The notes beneath the pieces are model-generated. The model was not told where the DNA came from. It saw only the letters and a list, made by a program, of their open reading frames with translations, and searched no databases. Of a stretch of 64,000 nt of DNA, positions 27,094 through 41,190 are shown piece after piece; the stretch's first letter is position 1; each line of letters opens with the position of its first letter. Both the position numbers and the translations under genes were made by a program. Source of the DNA: Trichinella spiralis. Taxonomy: Eukaryota. The stretch is from positions 2,613,666 through 2,677,665 of the forward strand of contig NW_003526943.1 of NCBI RefSeq assembly GCF_000181795.1, written 5' to 3'.

Positions 27094-28518
27094 ATGGAAA
27101 ATAACATTTTCCTTTTCGTGCCAAATATCATTGGATACATTCGCATTTTGCTTATTGGGCTTTCGTGTTTTTACATGTCCCGCGACTGTGTCCGAGCGGC
27201 GTTGTATTATTTGGTCAGCTGCCTTCTGGACGCAGTTGATGGCTATGCGGCTCGCTTTTTTAACCAAAGTGAGAAATTCAACAGCTTGTATTATGCTTTT
27301 CAACTTTTACATTTAAATATATTTTTTTGAACCAGATTCACGCTTTGGAGCAATGTTGGACATGTTGACCGATCGCTGCACGACACTTTGCTTGTTATTT
27401 GTGCTTTGCCATTTTTATCCAAATTTAATTTTACTCTTCCAAATGATCGGCTCGATTGACATTGCCAGTCACTGGCTGCATATGCATTGGTTCATTGAAG
27501 AAAACTATTAGTTAATTGGATTGCATAGTTTTAATTAATTTTTCTTTTGTTTCACTTTAGCAATGACATCTCTGGCGGTAAGAGTCACAAAACTGTTACA
27601 GAAGATACCCACTGGCTGTTGAAATTCTACTACACTTCAAGAGTGAGTTTATTATAAATGATGTTTAAAAGCTTTAAAGAGACAGTGAAATGATGGGTTT
27701 TAATCAAAAAAGTAATGCTCTTCCAAACCGATGTAAATTAGCATTTCTATTTCGTAAATGAAGAGATTCTGTTGTATAATTGGAAATCTGTTTCGATCTA
27801 GATTAGCATTTGAAGAGAGGAAGTTTGCGTCACAAATTCTTTTTTCCACCCTTCTGATTTCGCAATCCGAAGTATCATTTGTGAATCATCTGTTAAATTT
27901 TTCGTTCGATCAAACAAGGAAAAACTAGCCGGATAATTAATTCAGAATGACATTTAAGCTCAAATTCGGAAAATTATTGCAAAGTTTTAAAAACTGGAGA
28001 GATTTGTGCCATTTTGAATTGGGCAAATTAGCTTCAACAGCACGTTTCAACTAACGTCAGAACGAATTGAAATGAAATTATTTACCATGTTTATGTGACT
28101 AATGAAAAAATCGAACGCAAGACCTACTGTTTTTTTTTTAAAATCACCATGTGGGAAATCAATTATTTAAATTTTTAATAAAGCGTTCGTTCATTTCAGG
28201 CTTTTCTGTTTTTCATGTGCTTGGGCAATGAAGCATTTTTCTGGCTTTTGTACGTTGGTCATTTTACCAATGGTCCAGCAAGTGAGCATCAAATTTGTTG
28301 CCACTGATATATTATTTATCAAAATTTCCCCTTTTCAACAAACTTTAGTTCCATTGCTGAACACAAATTTGATACCCATGTTGGCTTTCATATTCTGTCC
28401 TGTGGCTGCGCTGAAAACGGCGATCAGTTTAGTCCATTTGGCTTCAGCGTCGCGGGATATTGCACGCATCGACGCGGCTGAGATTCAGCTCAAGGTGACC
28501 AATGGAAAAGTGGAATAA
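27094..28518 (+). CDS. CDIPT: Phosphatidylinositol synthase (CDP-DAG:inositol 3-phosphatidyltransferase), ~5 exons
   Basis: ENNIFLFVPNIIGYIRI; LDAVDGYAARFFNQ/SRFGAMLDMLTDR; DIASHWLHM; SHK; LFFMCLGNEAF; PVAALKTAISLVHL. Confidence 0.95.
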
Positions 28519-28744
28519 GAAGTGCTTATTTCGAAATGGCCCTTTTTGTTGTTGCTATATTTTATGATTATCCCCTTTATCTCTGACTGTTCAGAACCCA
28601 ATTTTCTGATCAAAGCAGACAAAATGTGATGTGCATGTGTGTAGTACGTTTAGTAGGTTTTCAATTTCAGTTTCAAAAAATCATCATTGTGTAGTACAGT
28701 AAAGTTCATCATTTGCATGAATCAGTTGTCGTTATTATTTATTG

Positions 28745-29650
28745 TTAGCCAAAGTTATCTGCGAATGCAGCGGCAAAGAGGTGAAAAATACTCGTAAACG
28801 TTAACAATAATGCGGCAAAACGAAGATTATATCTTGCCATCTCTTCGTTGGGCTGAAATAAAAGAAAAGAAAGAAAACTCAAAATTAAATAATCTCTCAT
28901 CATGTTTACCACAAAATCAGAATCATAGGCATCTGTCGGTGTAGTTGTTTCTAAATAATCACCAGAGCAATGCACATCTAGTGGGGGATTTTTCAAATGA
29001 TACCGTAAAGTTCGACTGTTGTTCAGAAATGAAGAATAGCTGGGAAACTGCAGAATTGTGAATCTGCTTTGCTCGCAGGCTGATTCCACTGTTGAACTGC
29101 TGTTGTGATTGTCAGAAAAGTATATACAACCGGTACAATTCCAGTGAAATGGATAAAAATGTGAACCGTATTTTCCGCAGCTCACATCAGGTAAGATGCT
29201 AAATCGAATCTCATTCCCATCTATTAATTAAGTAGATTACATCAAAGCAGAACAAATAATGACGGTAAATATACTGACTGTCGTGTTTCCAAATTCCATG
29301 AAACAAAAGATCATCTTTCCAAGTGCTTGAATGCATTGGAACAATCTGTTTCCATTGTTCAAAACGAAATATCAGCTGCACCGACGCAGAATATACCTTT
29401 TCAATACCAACGCCGGTTGCTGTGCAAATACCATCCAAAACAGGCTGTGTGTAAAACAAATGCAGCATTGTTAATATTTAATAAACATGCAACTCGCAAA
29501 GTATACCAAGATAAGATCATCAACATTGAAAGAATTAAAGCTAATAATGACGAAGCCAACAGCTAAACTAACCAACGAACCAGATAGAAGAACATGCGGA
29601 GGAGACCATAAATGAAACCTGCACCATAAACTATTCATCAGGCTAATCAT
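28745..29650 (-). CDS. Hypothetical membrane protein: hydrophobic ends, Cys-containing middle, ~4 exons
   Basis: Spliced model: MISLMNSLWCRFHLWSPPHVLLSGSLVSLAVGFVIISF.. (29650-29507) / PVLDGICTATG..WKHD / NGNEIRF..SCGKYG..WNCTGC..DFV / PNEEMARYNLRFAALLLTFTSIFHLFAAAFADNFG*. Canonical GT-AG introns keep the frame. Confidence 0.6.
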
Positions 29651-30393
29651 AGAAGAAATGAGTGCAATCAGTTAATTTATCATTAACTAAATAAATTAAG
29701 CTAATTAGACGACTGCAATTTCAACACATACATGGAGAATAAAAAAAAATCACAATATGCAAATTGCAAACAATTGCGAATTATTTTCAAAACATATTCA
29801 AACCAAAATCAGATTAGACTCAAGATACAAAGAAATTTAAATTATTAACTAAAAATAAATAGAAAATTTTCCTGATACACATTACAAATGAACTGTATTT
29901 ATCGAGCATGATCTTCTACAATCAGATAAAAGATTTGAAAAATAAATTCTCGCCATATACTGCCAACTGACAGGTATGACAGAAAAAAATCTGATTATAA
30001 TTTTCCAATTGAATTTAATTTCTGAAAAAAAACGTACACAAAATAAATTTAATTACCTAACTACAAAAGAAATAAGAATCAAAATACAAAAATTAAAACA
30101 CAACAAAATACAACAAACACATGTAAAAGATACACATCAAAGGAAAAATTCACTTTCACTTACAGAGCATAAATATGAAGAGTAGGATAGAATTACAGTA
30201 CAAATAAAGTACTGTACGAAAGTAGTTCTCAACACAATGCTAAAAAATATGATATGATATAATATAATATAACTGAAATAAAGTAATATTCAAAACTTAG
30301 AATTTTTGTTTATGTCAAAATATGTTCAAGGAAAATATGTTACTACTTCTATTTTCCAAGTGTACTACAAAATCCTTAACGCATCATTATAAA

Positions 30394-30973
30394 CAGTCGA
30401 ACTTTGTTAAATGCACATGGAATTTGGCCAGAATTTCCATGCACTTATCCAAAATTGGGAATTATGCAGAATAATCGAAAGGAGCCATAATTTGACATTC
30501 ACGAATAGGTTTAATGCATAAAAACGTCCATTTACTTCACGTGAAATAGTCAGAAAGGTAGGTTTGAATTATATTTTGTGACACCAGCGTTACTAGCTGA
30601 TCTTCAGTTCAGTTTGTTTGTTTGATTTATGCTGTTTTTGTGCAAAAATGGCTGAACTGTCACCAAATCTGCGATAGTTTTTTCTTCTTGTGAATAACTT
30701 CCTGTTCATAAAAAGCAGTAGTTATTTTGACTTTGGGCTAGTTCACGTTGTCTGTGATACGCGTGCTTATTCTGATATAAAGAACAATAAGCTTTGCTGA
30801 GTATCAATAATTGTTATAGCTGATGATAAACATAAGCGGCCAGGAACGAGCCTATTGTGCACTTAACGAGCCTATTGTAACTGTGAACAGTAAATCTCAT
30901 GAACCTCAGTAAAATGATGCAGTTAACCAAGTTGTGCACTTAAGGGAAATGTGCACTTAACCAAGTTAGATTG
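30394..30973. mobile_element. MITE-like element of Tc1/mariner-pogo type (~580 bp)
   Basis: Imperfect TIRs: CAGTCGAACTTTGTTAAATGCACA vs CAATCTAACTTGGTTAAGTGCACA (reverse complement of right end). TA follows the right end. Internal TGTGCACTTAA repeats. Confidence 0.65.
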
Positions 30974-32528
30974 TACATCAGAAGCAAATGATGATTCCCC
31001 TATAGATTTTGACTGATTGAGTAATGTGGACACAACAATAATGATACTTAATACATAAAATACATTGAAAACAGAAGGAATGCAAAAAACATTACATAAA
31101 AAATACCAGCAAAATATAAAATAAAATTTCATGACGTGGAATAGATAGCTTAATGTGTTTTAAACTGTTGATGCACCACTAATAAAGCAAAGAGAACATC
31201 TGTGCAAAAAATTTGTCAGTAATACGGACATTTCTTTGTTCAGAATCCAATAGTATATTCAGTCTTTAATCAACGTTAAATTTTTCCTCCTATTAATCTA
31301 CTGTTTTTACCCTTTAGTGTTTTCCACTCTTATTAAGCAGATATATCAGGAATTACGCATGTTTATACTTTTCGTAATCACAGAAGTATCAAAAAATTAA
31401 ATAACCTAAATCAAATATTAAATAGCACTTCCATCATTTGCAGTCACACATGCCTACGGTTGAACTATTCAAGATAAATAATTACATGCAATATACAATT
31501 GTATTTCTTAGGAATATTATAAATTAAAAATAAACTCTTTGTAAATTAACAATTGGAAATCACTATATTACGTTTGAATTATTTTACTATATTTTTTCTG
31601 AATATTATAAATTTTGTGAACAGCAGCTTCGTTTTACTTCTGCGTATATTTCGTTTTGGAATTTTGAAACCCTACGCTTTGCAAAGCATTAACTTTATAA
31701 ATTCAATTAAATATCAGTCATGAATTTAAGCTTAATTTTAATACATTTACTAAATTATGTTCAATATTAGGTAAAAATGCAAGTACTATAATGGCAAAAG
31801 CTCATTTCGCAAAAGGAAATTAAATTTTAGCCTGATCAATTGTATAATTATGAAATAAAAAAGACGACATGATGTGACCGTGCAAGCTAGTTGTTTACGG
31901 TAGAAAATTTTGATAATGAAAACTTAATTTTATATACAGCATTAATTTTTGTATTTTTATGATTATTATTAACCGTATTAAATGTTCTACTTTAATATGT
32001 CAATCAAAAGCCTAACATTACAAATAGAAGCAATACAATTTTTTAAGATTGCCAAAAACAAGACAATTTTTATGGCACATGATGATACTTAATTTATGAA
32101 GATTTCTCTTCAACTATTACATGTAAATAAACGTATAGATGCCGAATTAAATATAAAATAAAGTCGGCGACGACGTTCTACATTAAAACCATTATAAGTC
32201 TGAATACCATTTATTGTCATCAAATTGTATGTTGTATGTTAAATAAATACCTTTTTTAAAAATTTCCGGTTTTACAACAACAATTAATAGAATTATATTT
32301 TTGCTTATTGTTTTACATAAGCTACAATTATAATTATACGATTGGGAAAAAATGAAGTGTTTAATTAAAATAATTCTTTTATCACATGAATAATATCAAA
32401 TATTTATCTGCTCAATAACGTAATCATTCAATTCATTCAACTGAAACAAACAAAATTGAAAACAAACAAAAAGAAACATATTTAAAGCTATGAGTAACTG
32501 AAAATTTCACAGTTGAGTTTCTGCAACA

Positions 32529-33482
32529 ATGTTCATCACGTTTATCTTTCTTGCTAACATACTGCTTCTTGTGCAACCATCGGAAGCATATCGTGGTCAC
32601 ACCAACGATGTAATTACTGCAATAAGGTATTTTATAAAGCATATTACTTTTAAATTATTTAGGAAATTCGATTGATGGATGAGTGTAGCGATGAACCATA
32701 CATACGAGAACACTTGGGGGAAGATGATTATATGAGTTTAATTGATGCGTGCGTTGAAGAACGGTAAAACTGACCATTCTTTTAATTCATTTTATACTTC
32801 TTTTGTATTTTCTTTGTAAAGCTACCTTTCTGCTATTCAAGTACATTAAATTAATTTGATGTAATTATTACATATCAAAAAAGTCGCTATCAATAACATA
32901 ACATAACATAATAAGTTGTTTAAGATTTAAAATTAAAGTCGTCAATAATATTTATTGCTTTAAAGTTGAATTAAATCACTGAAATTTATTATATAGCCAT
33001 ATTAAATATAGAACATGTCTAATATAATGTTGAAATTGTTCATTTGGTAATATCAGTAAGCATAAATTCTTAGCAGAGTATGATATTAATGAAAATGCAG
33101 ATAACATCATTTTCTAATTCATATGCAATATGGTATCAAACTGATAGAGCCGTTGGACAGTAAATTTTGCTTTTGCTTAAGTATTTACTTTATCAGAAAA
33201 GTAAAATTTTCTTATTACTTATATCTTTAAAAGATTAAAGAAAATTATATTAATATTGTGCAACTTCATTTAATTTCCCACTTAATGGGCAGTCATGCAT
33301 CGAAATTGCCGCGTTTATACAGCTTTACCAATATGACTAATATGTGAAAATTAATTCATCGGTTATTTTCACAATTACTAAGAGTAGCAGTTTTTATTTG
33401 AATTCAATCGTTTATAATGAAATTCTTTTTATATAAAAATATAAGCTGAAATGTTTTCAGACTTGGACGAAGAGTTGCATGA
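32529..33482 (+). CDS. Small secreted two-Cys peptide precursor, copy 1 (67 aa)
   Basis: Exons 32529-32609, 32663-32763, 33461-33482 give MFITFIFLANILLLVQPSEA-YRGHTNDEIRLMDECSDEPYIREHLGEDDYMSLIDACVEERLGRRVA*. Signal-peptide-like N-terminus, canonical splice sites, AATAAA ~33553. Confidence 0.85.
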
Positions 33483-34027
33483 AGAATTTAAGTAACGCTG
33501 TCAAGAATTGATGATTTTCCTTCAAGAGACATTTTTTTAATGAAATGAATTTAATAAAAAATCAAGATCTGTTATTACATTTATAATAAAATGCAATGCC
33601 ATATTTCTAGTTTTGATGCAGTTTTTCAGGTTGCTTAATGAAATCAAAAATGTAAAAAATCACAAATACACATCGGAATGTATGTATAATTAACTGGTAA
33701 CTCTGTGTACTACTCTATTTCTGATGGTATCGAAACCGCATCGTCCAACTGTTCTTTGCATAACATATGCAAGCAAGCAGCAATAATTGTGCCAGTTGAT
33801 CAGATTCGTGCAGCAGACAAAAATTCATCCATAAAGTATTGAATACATTCAGGAGTCCTCAGCAATAAATTTCTCAAATTAAAATATTATTGAAAGAGAT
33901 GTACAATAAAAAATAAAGGTAATTTTCAAATGTAAAAGAAATCTTGAGAAATTAATTTGAAAATATAATCAAATCACAATATAATTGTATTTCATTGAAG
34001 ACGTTGCCCAAGAATACATTCCCGGGG

Positions 34028-35090
34028 CAGTGATTCTCGACTTTTTTATCCCCATGCACACTTTTTACTGTTTTTCAGAACGTCATCCTCACCTTTTTGC
34101 AGACTGTTTGACTGAAATGTTGCAATTGAAATAATGCAAATAGAATACTGTAATTCTATCTATTATTATATTAGCATATGTACATTTATTTCGATTCATT
34201 CATTTAATGTGAAACCTATGGCTGTTTGTTCTTAGCCAGCTGTGATATTCGCGGCAGAGTGCTAGAAAAGGCATAGCGCAGGTCGTTTCCAACTTCTAGT
34301 CTATTTTGCTGCTTGGTTTTCATTTGCATCAGAGCTGAAAAAGCAGATGCACAATGATACGTTGACATAAATGGCAGCAATGAGCGGATACCTTTTTATT
34401 CTATTTTTGGGTAAAAAGCACACATCAATGGCCAAAATTCAGTGATTGTTTTCTCTTGAATCATTCTTCAGCTCCAAAAATTCATCTTGACACTCGTCCG
34501 TAACCTTTGCAGCTGAAAATTTGAACGGATTTTGCACCAAAGCCAAAGAAAATACTGTCTGAATTCATTTCCAAGTACTGCCAAATTCTCCAAAATTTCA
34601 GGTTGTGTAACATTTGGAAGCACTTGGTCTTTACCTTCAATAACAAGAATGGACGACAGTTTCTCAAACATTACAACATTATTGACCCTAACTTCCTTTT
34701 CCAATTTTCCAGCTGCTTAGGAGAGCTTTCAAGGAATCTACAAATTTTTTATGATGTTGTATTTTTACTTGCATCTGAAGATTCAGTTTATTTAGCTGCT
34801 TGAAAATGTCAACCAAATATGCAAGACGCATGATCCATTCCTCATCATTTGTTCCATCTTGCTCTGAATTTAAAAAATAATCAGAGCTCTTTGCTCAAAC
34901 ACTTGTTCTGTTACATTTCCACTTGAAACTCATTGAACATTTGTGTGGTAAAGAAGCAATTGATTTTCAACATCCATGTCTATACAATACAGCCTGAAGA
35001 GTCATGAGCTGAGGACATCTCCTTTGACAAAATTCACAATATCAATTGCCTTATCCAAAACCATCCTTATTGGCCACTATTCATTTTGCT
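34028..35090 (-). mobile_element. Degenerate hAT (Buster/Charlie, ZBED5/SCAND3-like) transposon fragment
   Basis: Terminus CAGTGATTCTC at 34028. Minus-strand remnants DEEWIMRLAYLVDIF, VRVNNVVMFEKL, ALMQMKTKQQNRLEVGNDLRYAFSSTLPRISQL. Absent from the matching flank of copy 2. Confidence 0.8.
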
Positions 35091-36858
35091 TAATTTACAT
35101 TTGATACGACGCGTAATGAGCAGTTACTAACTACAGGTTATGGCTAAAACATTAATACCTTTACTTTTGAGACTGTAAATGGGAAGGCAGAATTCCCTCC
35201 CTCCCATGAAATCTAAAAAATTTCTAATTGGGAAGGAATTATCTCCCCGTTGAAAACCTCTACTCTAGAACATGTTCATAACTGCATTTTATTTTTCATG
35301 CTGTCACATTATATTATTATTTCAAATCATTTCAAAAAAGATATGTTAACCAGCTTCCCTTCAATGATGAAGGTAGAATAATGGAATCATGTCTGTATAT
35401 GTTTTTAAAAATAATTTAAAATACAAGGGCAGTTTATTTGATGATTTTTTGTTATTTTATCAAAATTCTCTTAAAATGAATCCATTGCAACTGTGGAAAT
35501 GTGAGAATGATTATGTTGTTGTTTTGAAATGCTCAGCAAACGAGTGAGAACATATTCCAGCATTTATTTAACTCTTTTAATAAACAAAAATTCAAGGCAT
35601 ATCAAGATGTGACATCTTTCCTCATCTAAATGAAAATACAGAATTATGTATTATTAATTTTTTGTTATCATAATGTTGTCAGCCTTTATTGTAGCTTAGT
35701 TCACAGAAAGCGAATGTCATAGTTCTACAAAAGCTTTACAATCTGCAAAAGTCACAAAATATGATACTTATCGTGATAAGTTCGCCGAAAAAAATTTTAT
35801 TCTGTTATTCAGATGCCCAGTTTAGCATGAACGTGTAAAAGAAAATGAGCAACAAGAACATATCTGAAAAATTAATGTTGCAGTTAACAACCATATTTCA
35901 GAGTTGTAAGTCAATTGAAGGAAATTAAAGTACAACAGGTTCGCTTCACTTCTGAATGCACTTTATTTTCAGATTTTAAAAATGCACGCTTCTTAAAGTA
36001 TATAACTTAATAAATTCAATTAAATATGAATCAGAAATTTACACGCAGTCTGAATATGTTCATTAAATTATTTTGAATATGACGTAAAAATGCAAGTGCT
36101 TCAAGCTGAAAATGTTCATTCTGTGACTGCAAATTATATTACAAAAATAAGGATTGTACCATTGCAAAAAAATGGTTGGTCCGTAAAACTACGCAAGCTA
36201 ATAATTATTATTGTTAGTGGTATAAAAATTTCCTTCTGAAAACTCAATGTTACATTCCGCGTTAAATTTACGTGCACCAATGTTTTTCTTTATATTGCTA
36301 ATTAAATTTCAATGAGCATTTGACTAAAATATGTCAAACAGAAAATTAGTATTACATATAAAAGCAACGCATGAATTTAAGAATTCAGAAAACAAAAGAC
36401 TTTTTAGGGTATATGATGATACAATATTTATGAAAATTCCTCTTCGACTATTACATGTAAATAAACGTACAGATGCCAATTCAAATGTAAACTAAAGTCA
36501 GTAGAAATACTGTTCAACATTAAAACAATTAGCTATCTAAATATGATTTATTATTATCAAAACACATGCAAAATAAATATTTTTTCAAAAATTACAAATT
36601 CTTCTGTAAAAAACTAATAGAAATATATTTGTTAACTTTATTTTACTGAAGCTACCATTATAATTCTAAAATTGAAATAATAGTAAGTGTTTAATTAAAA
36701 TAATTCTTTTATCACATGAATAATATCAAATATTTATCTGCTCAATGACGTAAGCATTCAATTCATTCAACTGAAACAAACAAAATTGAAAACAAACAAA
36801 AAGAAACATATTTAAAGCTATGAGTAACTGAAAATTTCACAGTTGAGTTTCTGCAACA

Positions 36859-37805
36859 ATGTTCATCACGTTTATCTTTCTTGCTAACATACTGCTTCTT
36901 GTGCAACCATCGGAAGCATATCGTGGTCACACCAACGATGTAATTACTGCAATAAGGTATTTTATAAAGCATATTACTTTTAAATTATTTAGGAAATTCG
37001 ATTGATGGATGAGTGTAGCGATGAACCATACATACGAGAACACTTGGGGGAAGATGATTATATGAGTTTAATTGATGCGTGCGTTGAAGAACGGTAAAAC
37101 TGACCATTCTTTTAATTCATTTTATACTTCTTTTGTATTTTCTTTGTAAAGCTACTTTTCTGCTATTCAAGCACATTAAATTAATTTAATGTAATTATTA
37201 CATATCAAAAAAGTCGCAATCAATAACATAACATAATAAGTTGTTTAAGATTTGAAGTCGTCAATAATATTTATTGCTTTAAAGTTCAATTAAATCACTG
37301 AAATTTATTATATAACCATATTAAATGTAGAATATGTCTAATATATAGTTGAAATTGTTCATTTGATAATATCAATGAGCATAAATTCTTAGCAGAGTAT
37401 GCTATTAATAAAAAATCAGAAAACATCATTTTTCTAATTCATATGTAATATGGTATCAAACTGATAAAGCCGTTGGACAGTAAATTTTGCTTTTGCTTAA
37501 CTATTTACTTTATCAGAAAAGTGAAACTTCCTTATTATTGATACCTATAAAAGATTATAATAAATGTCATATAAATATTATGGAACTTAATTTCATTTCT
37601 CACATTATGGGAAGTCATGCATCAAAACACGCAACATCTAAACAGCATTATCAATATTACTGATGTGGGATAGTTTATTCATTTAACATTTTCAAAATTA
37701 TTAAAAGCAACCGTTTCTTTTTAAATGCCATTGCTTTTGTAGAAATTATTTTCTTATAAAAGTATAAACTGAAATATTTTTAGACTTGGACGAAGAGTTG
37801 CATGA
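36859..37805 (+). CDS. Small secreted two-Cys peptide precursor, copy 2 (same protein as copy 1)
   Basis: Exons 36859-36939, 36993-37093, 37784-37805. Coding sequence reads the same as copy 1. Confidence 0.85.
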
Positions 37806-40800
37806 AGAATATAAGAAAAGCTATCAAGAATTGTTCATTTTCAAGCGACAATTTTATTTATGAAATGAATTTATTGAAAAATGAAAATCTGTTACAGTAT
37901 TCGTAATAAATAGCTATGCAGTATTTTTAGTTTTTCAACTTTTACAACTTATCCCGCACCCTATTTACTGCAATAAAAAACGGGGAAAATTACAAATGGG
38001 CATTGACAACTATGTATAACTAATAGGCCATTCTATGTACTACTGCATTTCTGATGGTATCGAAATTGCACCGCTTAGCTGTTCTCTGTGTAACATAATC
38101 TATCAAGGAAAATGACTGTGCTAGTGGATCAGATGCGCGCAGCAGACAAAATTCATTCATAAAGTAATGAATAAGTGAATAAGAAACTAATTTCTTCCAT
38201 TAAAGTATTATTGAAATAGCTGTACAATAAAAAATAAAGATAATTTTCAGATGTAAAAAAAATGCATAAAACTGAATTTAGAAGTATAATGAAATCATGA
38301 CATAATTCTATTTTACTAAAGGCATTGTCTCAGTGAAAAATTACAAAGAAGAAATTCTTGGACGAATACATGACTGAAATTTTTTTTTGTGCTGTTACAT
38401 TTGATTTTAATTTTGAGTGACTTTCAGTAAATGATATATCCAACAGCTTCCCTTCTATGATGAATGTAAAGTAATTCAGGCATGTGTATATATCTTTTCA
38501 GAGATAATTTGAAAATTAAAGGACAGTTTATTTGATGATTTATAGCTATTTTGTCAAAATTCCCTTGAATTGAATTCCTGCCAAAAAATTGCACTGTGAG
38601 GATGATCATGCTGATGTTATAAAACGCTCAGCAAACATCTCGAAACATATGCAACATTCATTTAACCCACGTAATAAACAAAAATTCAAAATATTTCAAA
38701 ATGTCAAACCTCTCCCTATGTAAACAAAAATACAGAATTATATATTATTGATGTTTTGTTATCACTGTGCAGTCGGCTTTTAATGTTACACGGTGAACAG
38801 AATGATAATGTTATATCTCTATAACAGCTTTACAGTCTGCAGAAGTCACAAAATATGAAACTTATTTTGATACGTCTGCAGATTAAAATTTTATTACGTT
38901 TTATGGATGTCAAATGTAACATGAACGTGTAAAGTAAAATGAACAGCAAAAATATATCTATAAATTAATGTTGCTGTTAAGAAAAATATTTCAGATTAAT
39001 AATCGAAAGAAAGTTGAGTTTGTTATTATTCCTCTGAAATTGAAATTTATGATTAAATTAAAAGATGATGAGATTTTTATTACAAATTACATATTCTTAT
39101 TAATTTAATGCCCATGGTTTACTTGCAGAAAAAATGAATTGGATTTTTATTTCCAGATTGATTTAAATAGCAATGCAGCAGCTGTGTTATATAGTGCACC
39201 GCTGAACTATTCATTCATTTAACTGTAATTTTCATTAAATTTATCATTTTAGAGTGTTTAGTAAAAATAGATTTAATTGGAAAAAGGCCATTGAAAGAGA
39301 ATTGCAGCAGGAATGAATGGTACATTTTGAATTAATCAGCAATCAAAATTTATTCTTCGGTATAAAATACATTTGCGTGACAAAAATGCCTAGATGTGAT
39401 TTGTTCTCATTTCAATTTTTCCTTCGTGTAATCATCAAATCATATTATTGTTTGCTATCTTCTTTTTCCAATCCGTGGACATAGTTGTTTCAGTGTCGGT
39501 GTATAGAGTTATTCAACATCACTATACATATAAATATGCAGAGCTCGTGAACAATAAATTATTCATTCTCAGTCGCAGCAGCACGTCAAACACTCATTCA
39601 GTTAGCCTGATTTGAATGCACACTAATGTTCACAAATGCAGCAAACGTTAAATCTTTATTTGCAATCATGTGTATTAATCTTCATGTAGCTGCAGTATGT
39701 AAACTCATAAAACAAAAAATAACATAAAACTTTCAGGCGTAAAACTGGCATATTCTCTCTGAAACGATATCTTTTTTTATAACAACTTCCTTGAATAGAA
39801 TTTTGGGCCACGGCAGCCATTATTTTGATTTGATATACTGTGAAAAAAACATCCCGTAATTATTCATTTTATTGTAGAATTTCATTTAAATATTTTGAAT
39901 GATTTGAATTAAAATATAGTTCCATTTATAATACATGCTTCAGATATACGATTTGCATATGCTGATCTGATTGTTAACATTGTTTCTACATAATAGGTAT
40001 TATCACCATACTTAGGTAAATAACATCTTATTCTACTTTATTGGAGCCTCAGAGATAAACAACAATGCAGTACATACTTAGCACATTACACGGAATCAAA
40101 ACAGTTTATTTCAAATAAATCAGAAACAACTCTCTAAAAAAATTGAGTATTCATTCACGTGAAACGATTGCCATGTTGAATGGTTAGCATAATTTTACTT
40201 GTGTCTAATACGCTTTCACTTTATCAATATCTAACAGTATTTTGTTTATTTAGCAGGTATATCAGAAATTATGGTTTTATTTTTGTTATTAAAAAAGCAT
40301 CTGAAAATTAAATGACGTAAATCAAATATTAAATAGCACTTATTTATTTGCAGTCACACATCCCTGCTGTTGATCTATTCAAGGTAAATAATTACGTGCA
40401 ATTTATATTTGTATTTCTTGGGAAATGTGCAGATTTAAAAAAATTGGCAGTACATTTGCAAGTGGAAATCACTATTTTCAATTTGTGATATTGTTTTTCG
40501 AATGTTTGAAATTTTCAAAATAGCAGCTTAACGCCACTTCTGCATATATTTCTTTTTCGAATTTTGAAACTGGACGCACTGTAAAGCATTTAATTTAATA
40601 AATTCAGCTAAACATCAATTATGAATTTAATATATTCATAAAGCTATGTTAAATGTGGCGTTAAATGTAAATGCTTATAATTGCAAATGTTCATTTTATG
40701 ACTGCAAATTATATTTTAAACTTATCAGTTGCATTGTTAATAAAAATAGCATCATCCATAAAATTCTAGCTATTAAACTGCGTAGTTAGTTTTTTGGAGA

Positions 40801-41190
40801 AAAGTTTTCATTGAAAGCTTTATCTAATATTCAGTGTTTATTTCATGTGTATTAATTTTTTTCATTATTCATATAATTTTACTCAACATTTGACTTAAAA
40901 TGTCAAACAAAAAACTAACATTACAAATACAAGCAATACGGCGTCTAAGATTGCAGTAAACGAAACATAATTTCTATGGTACATGATGAGATCTTACTTA
41001 TAATAATTCCTCTTTTACTATTACATTTAAATAAACGTATAAATGCCAATTTTAATGTAAACTAACGTCAGCAACAACGTTATACATAGAAACCAATATC
41101 CGTCTGAATATCATTTATACTTAATAAAGCGTGTGTTAAATAAATGTTTTTTCTGAAATTAGTAAATATTAAAAAAGCTAAAAAATTATA

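Noticed and set aside
32433..36972. Identical 69-aa minus-strand ORFs (32433-32642, 36763-36972)
   Set aside because: Antisense shadows of the duplicated plus-strand peptide genes. Splice signals, signal peptide and conservation with copy 3 all support the plus strand.
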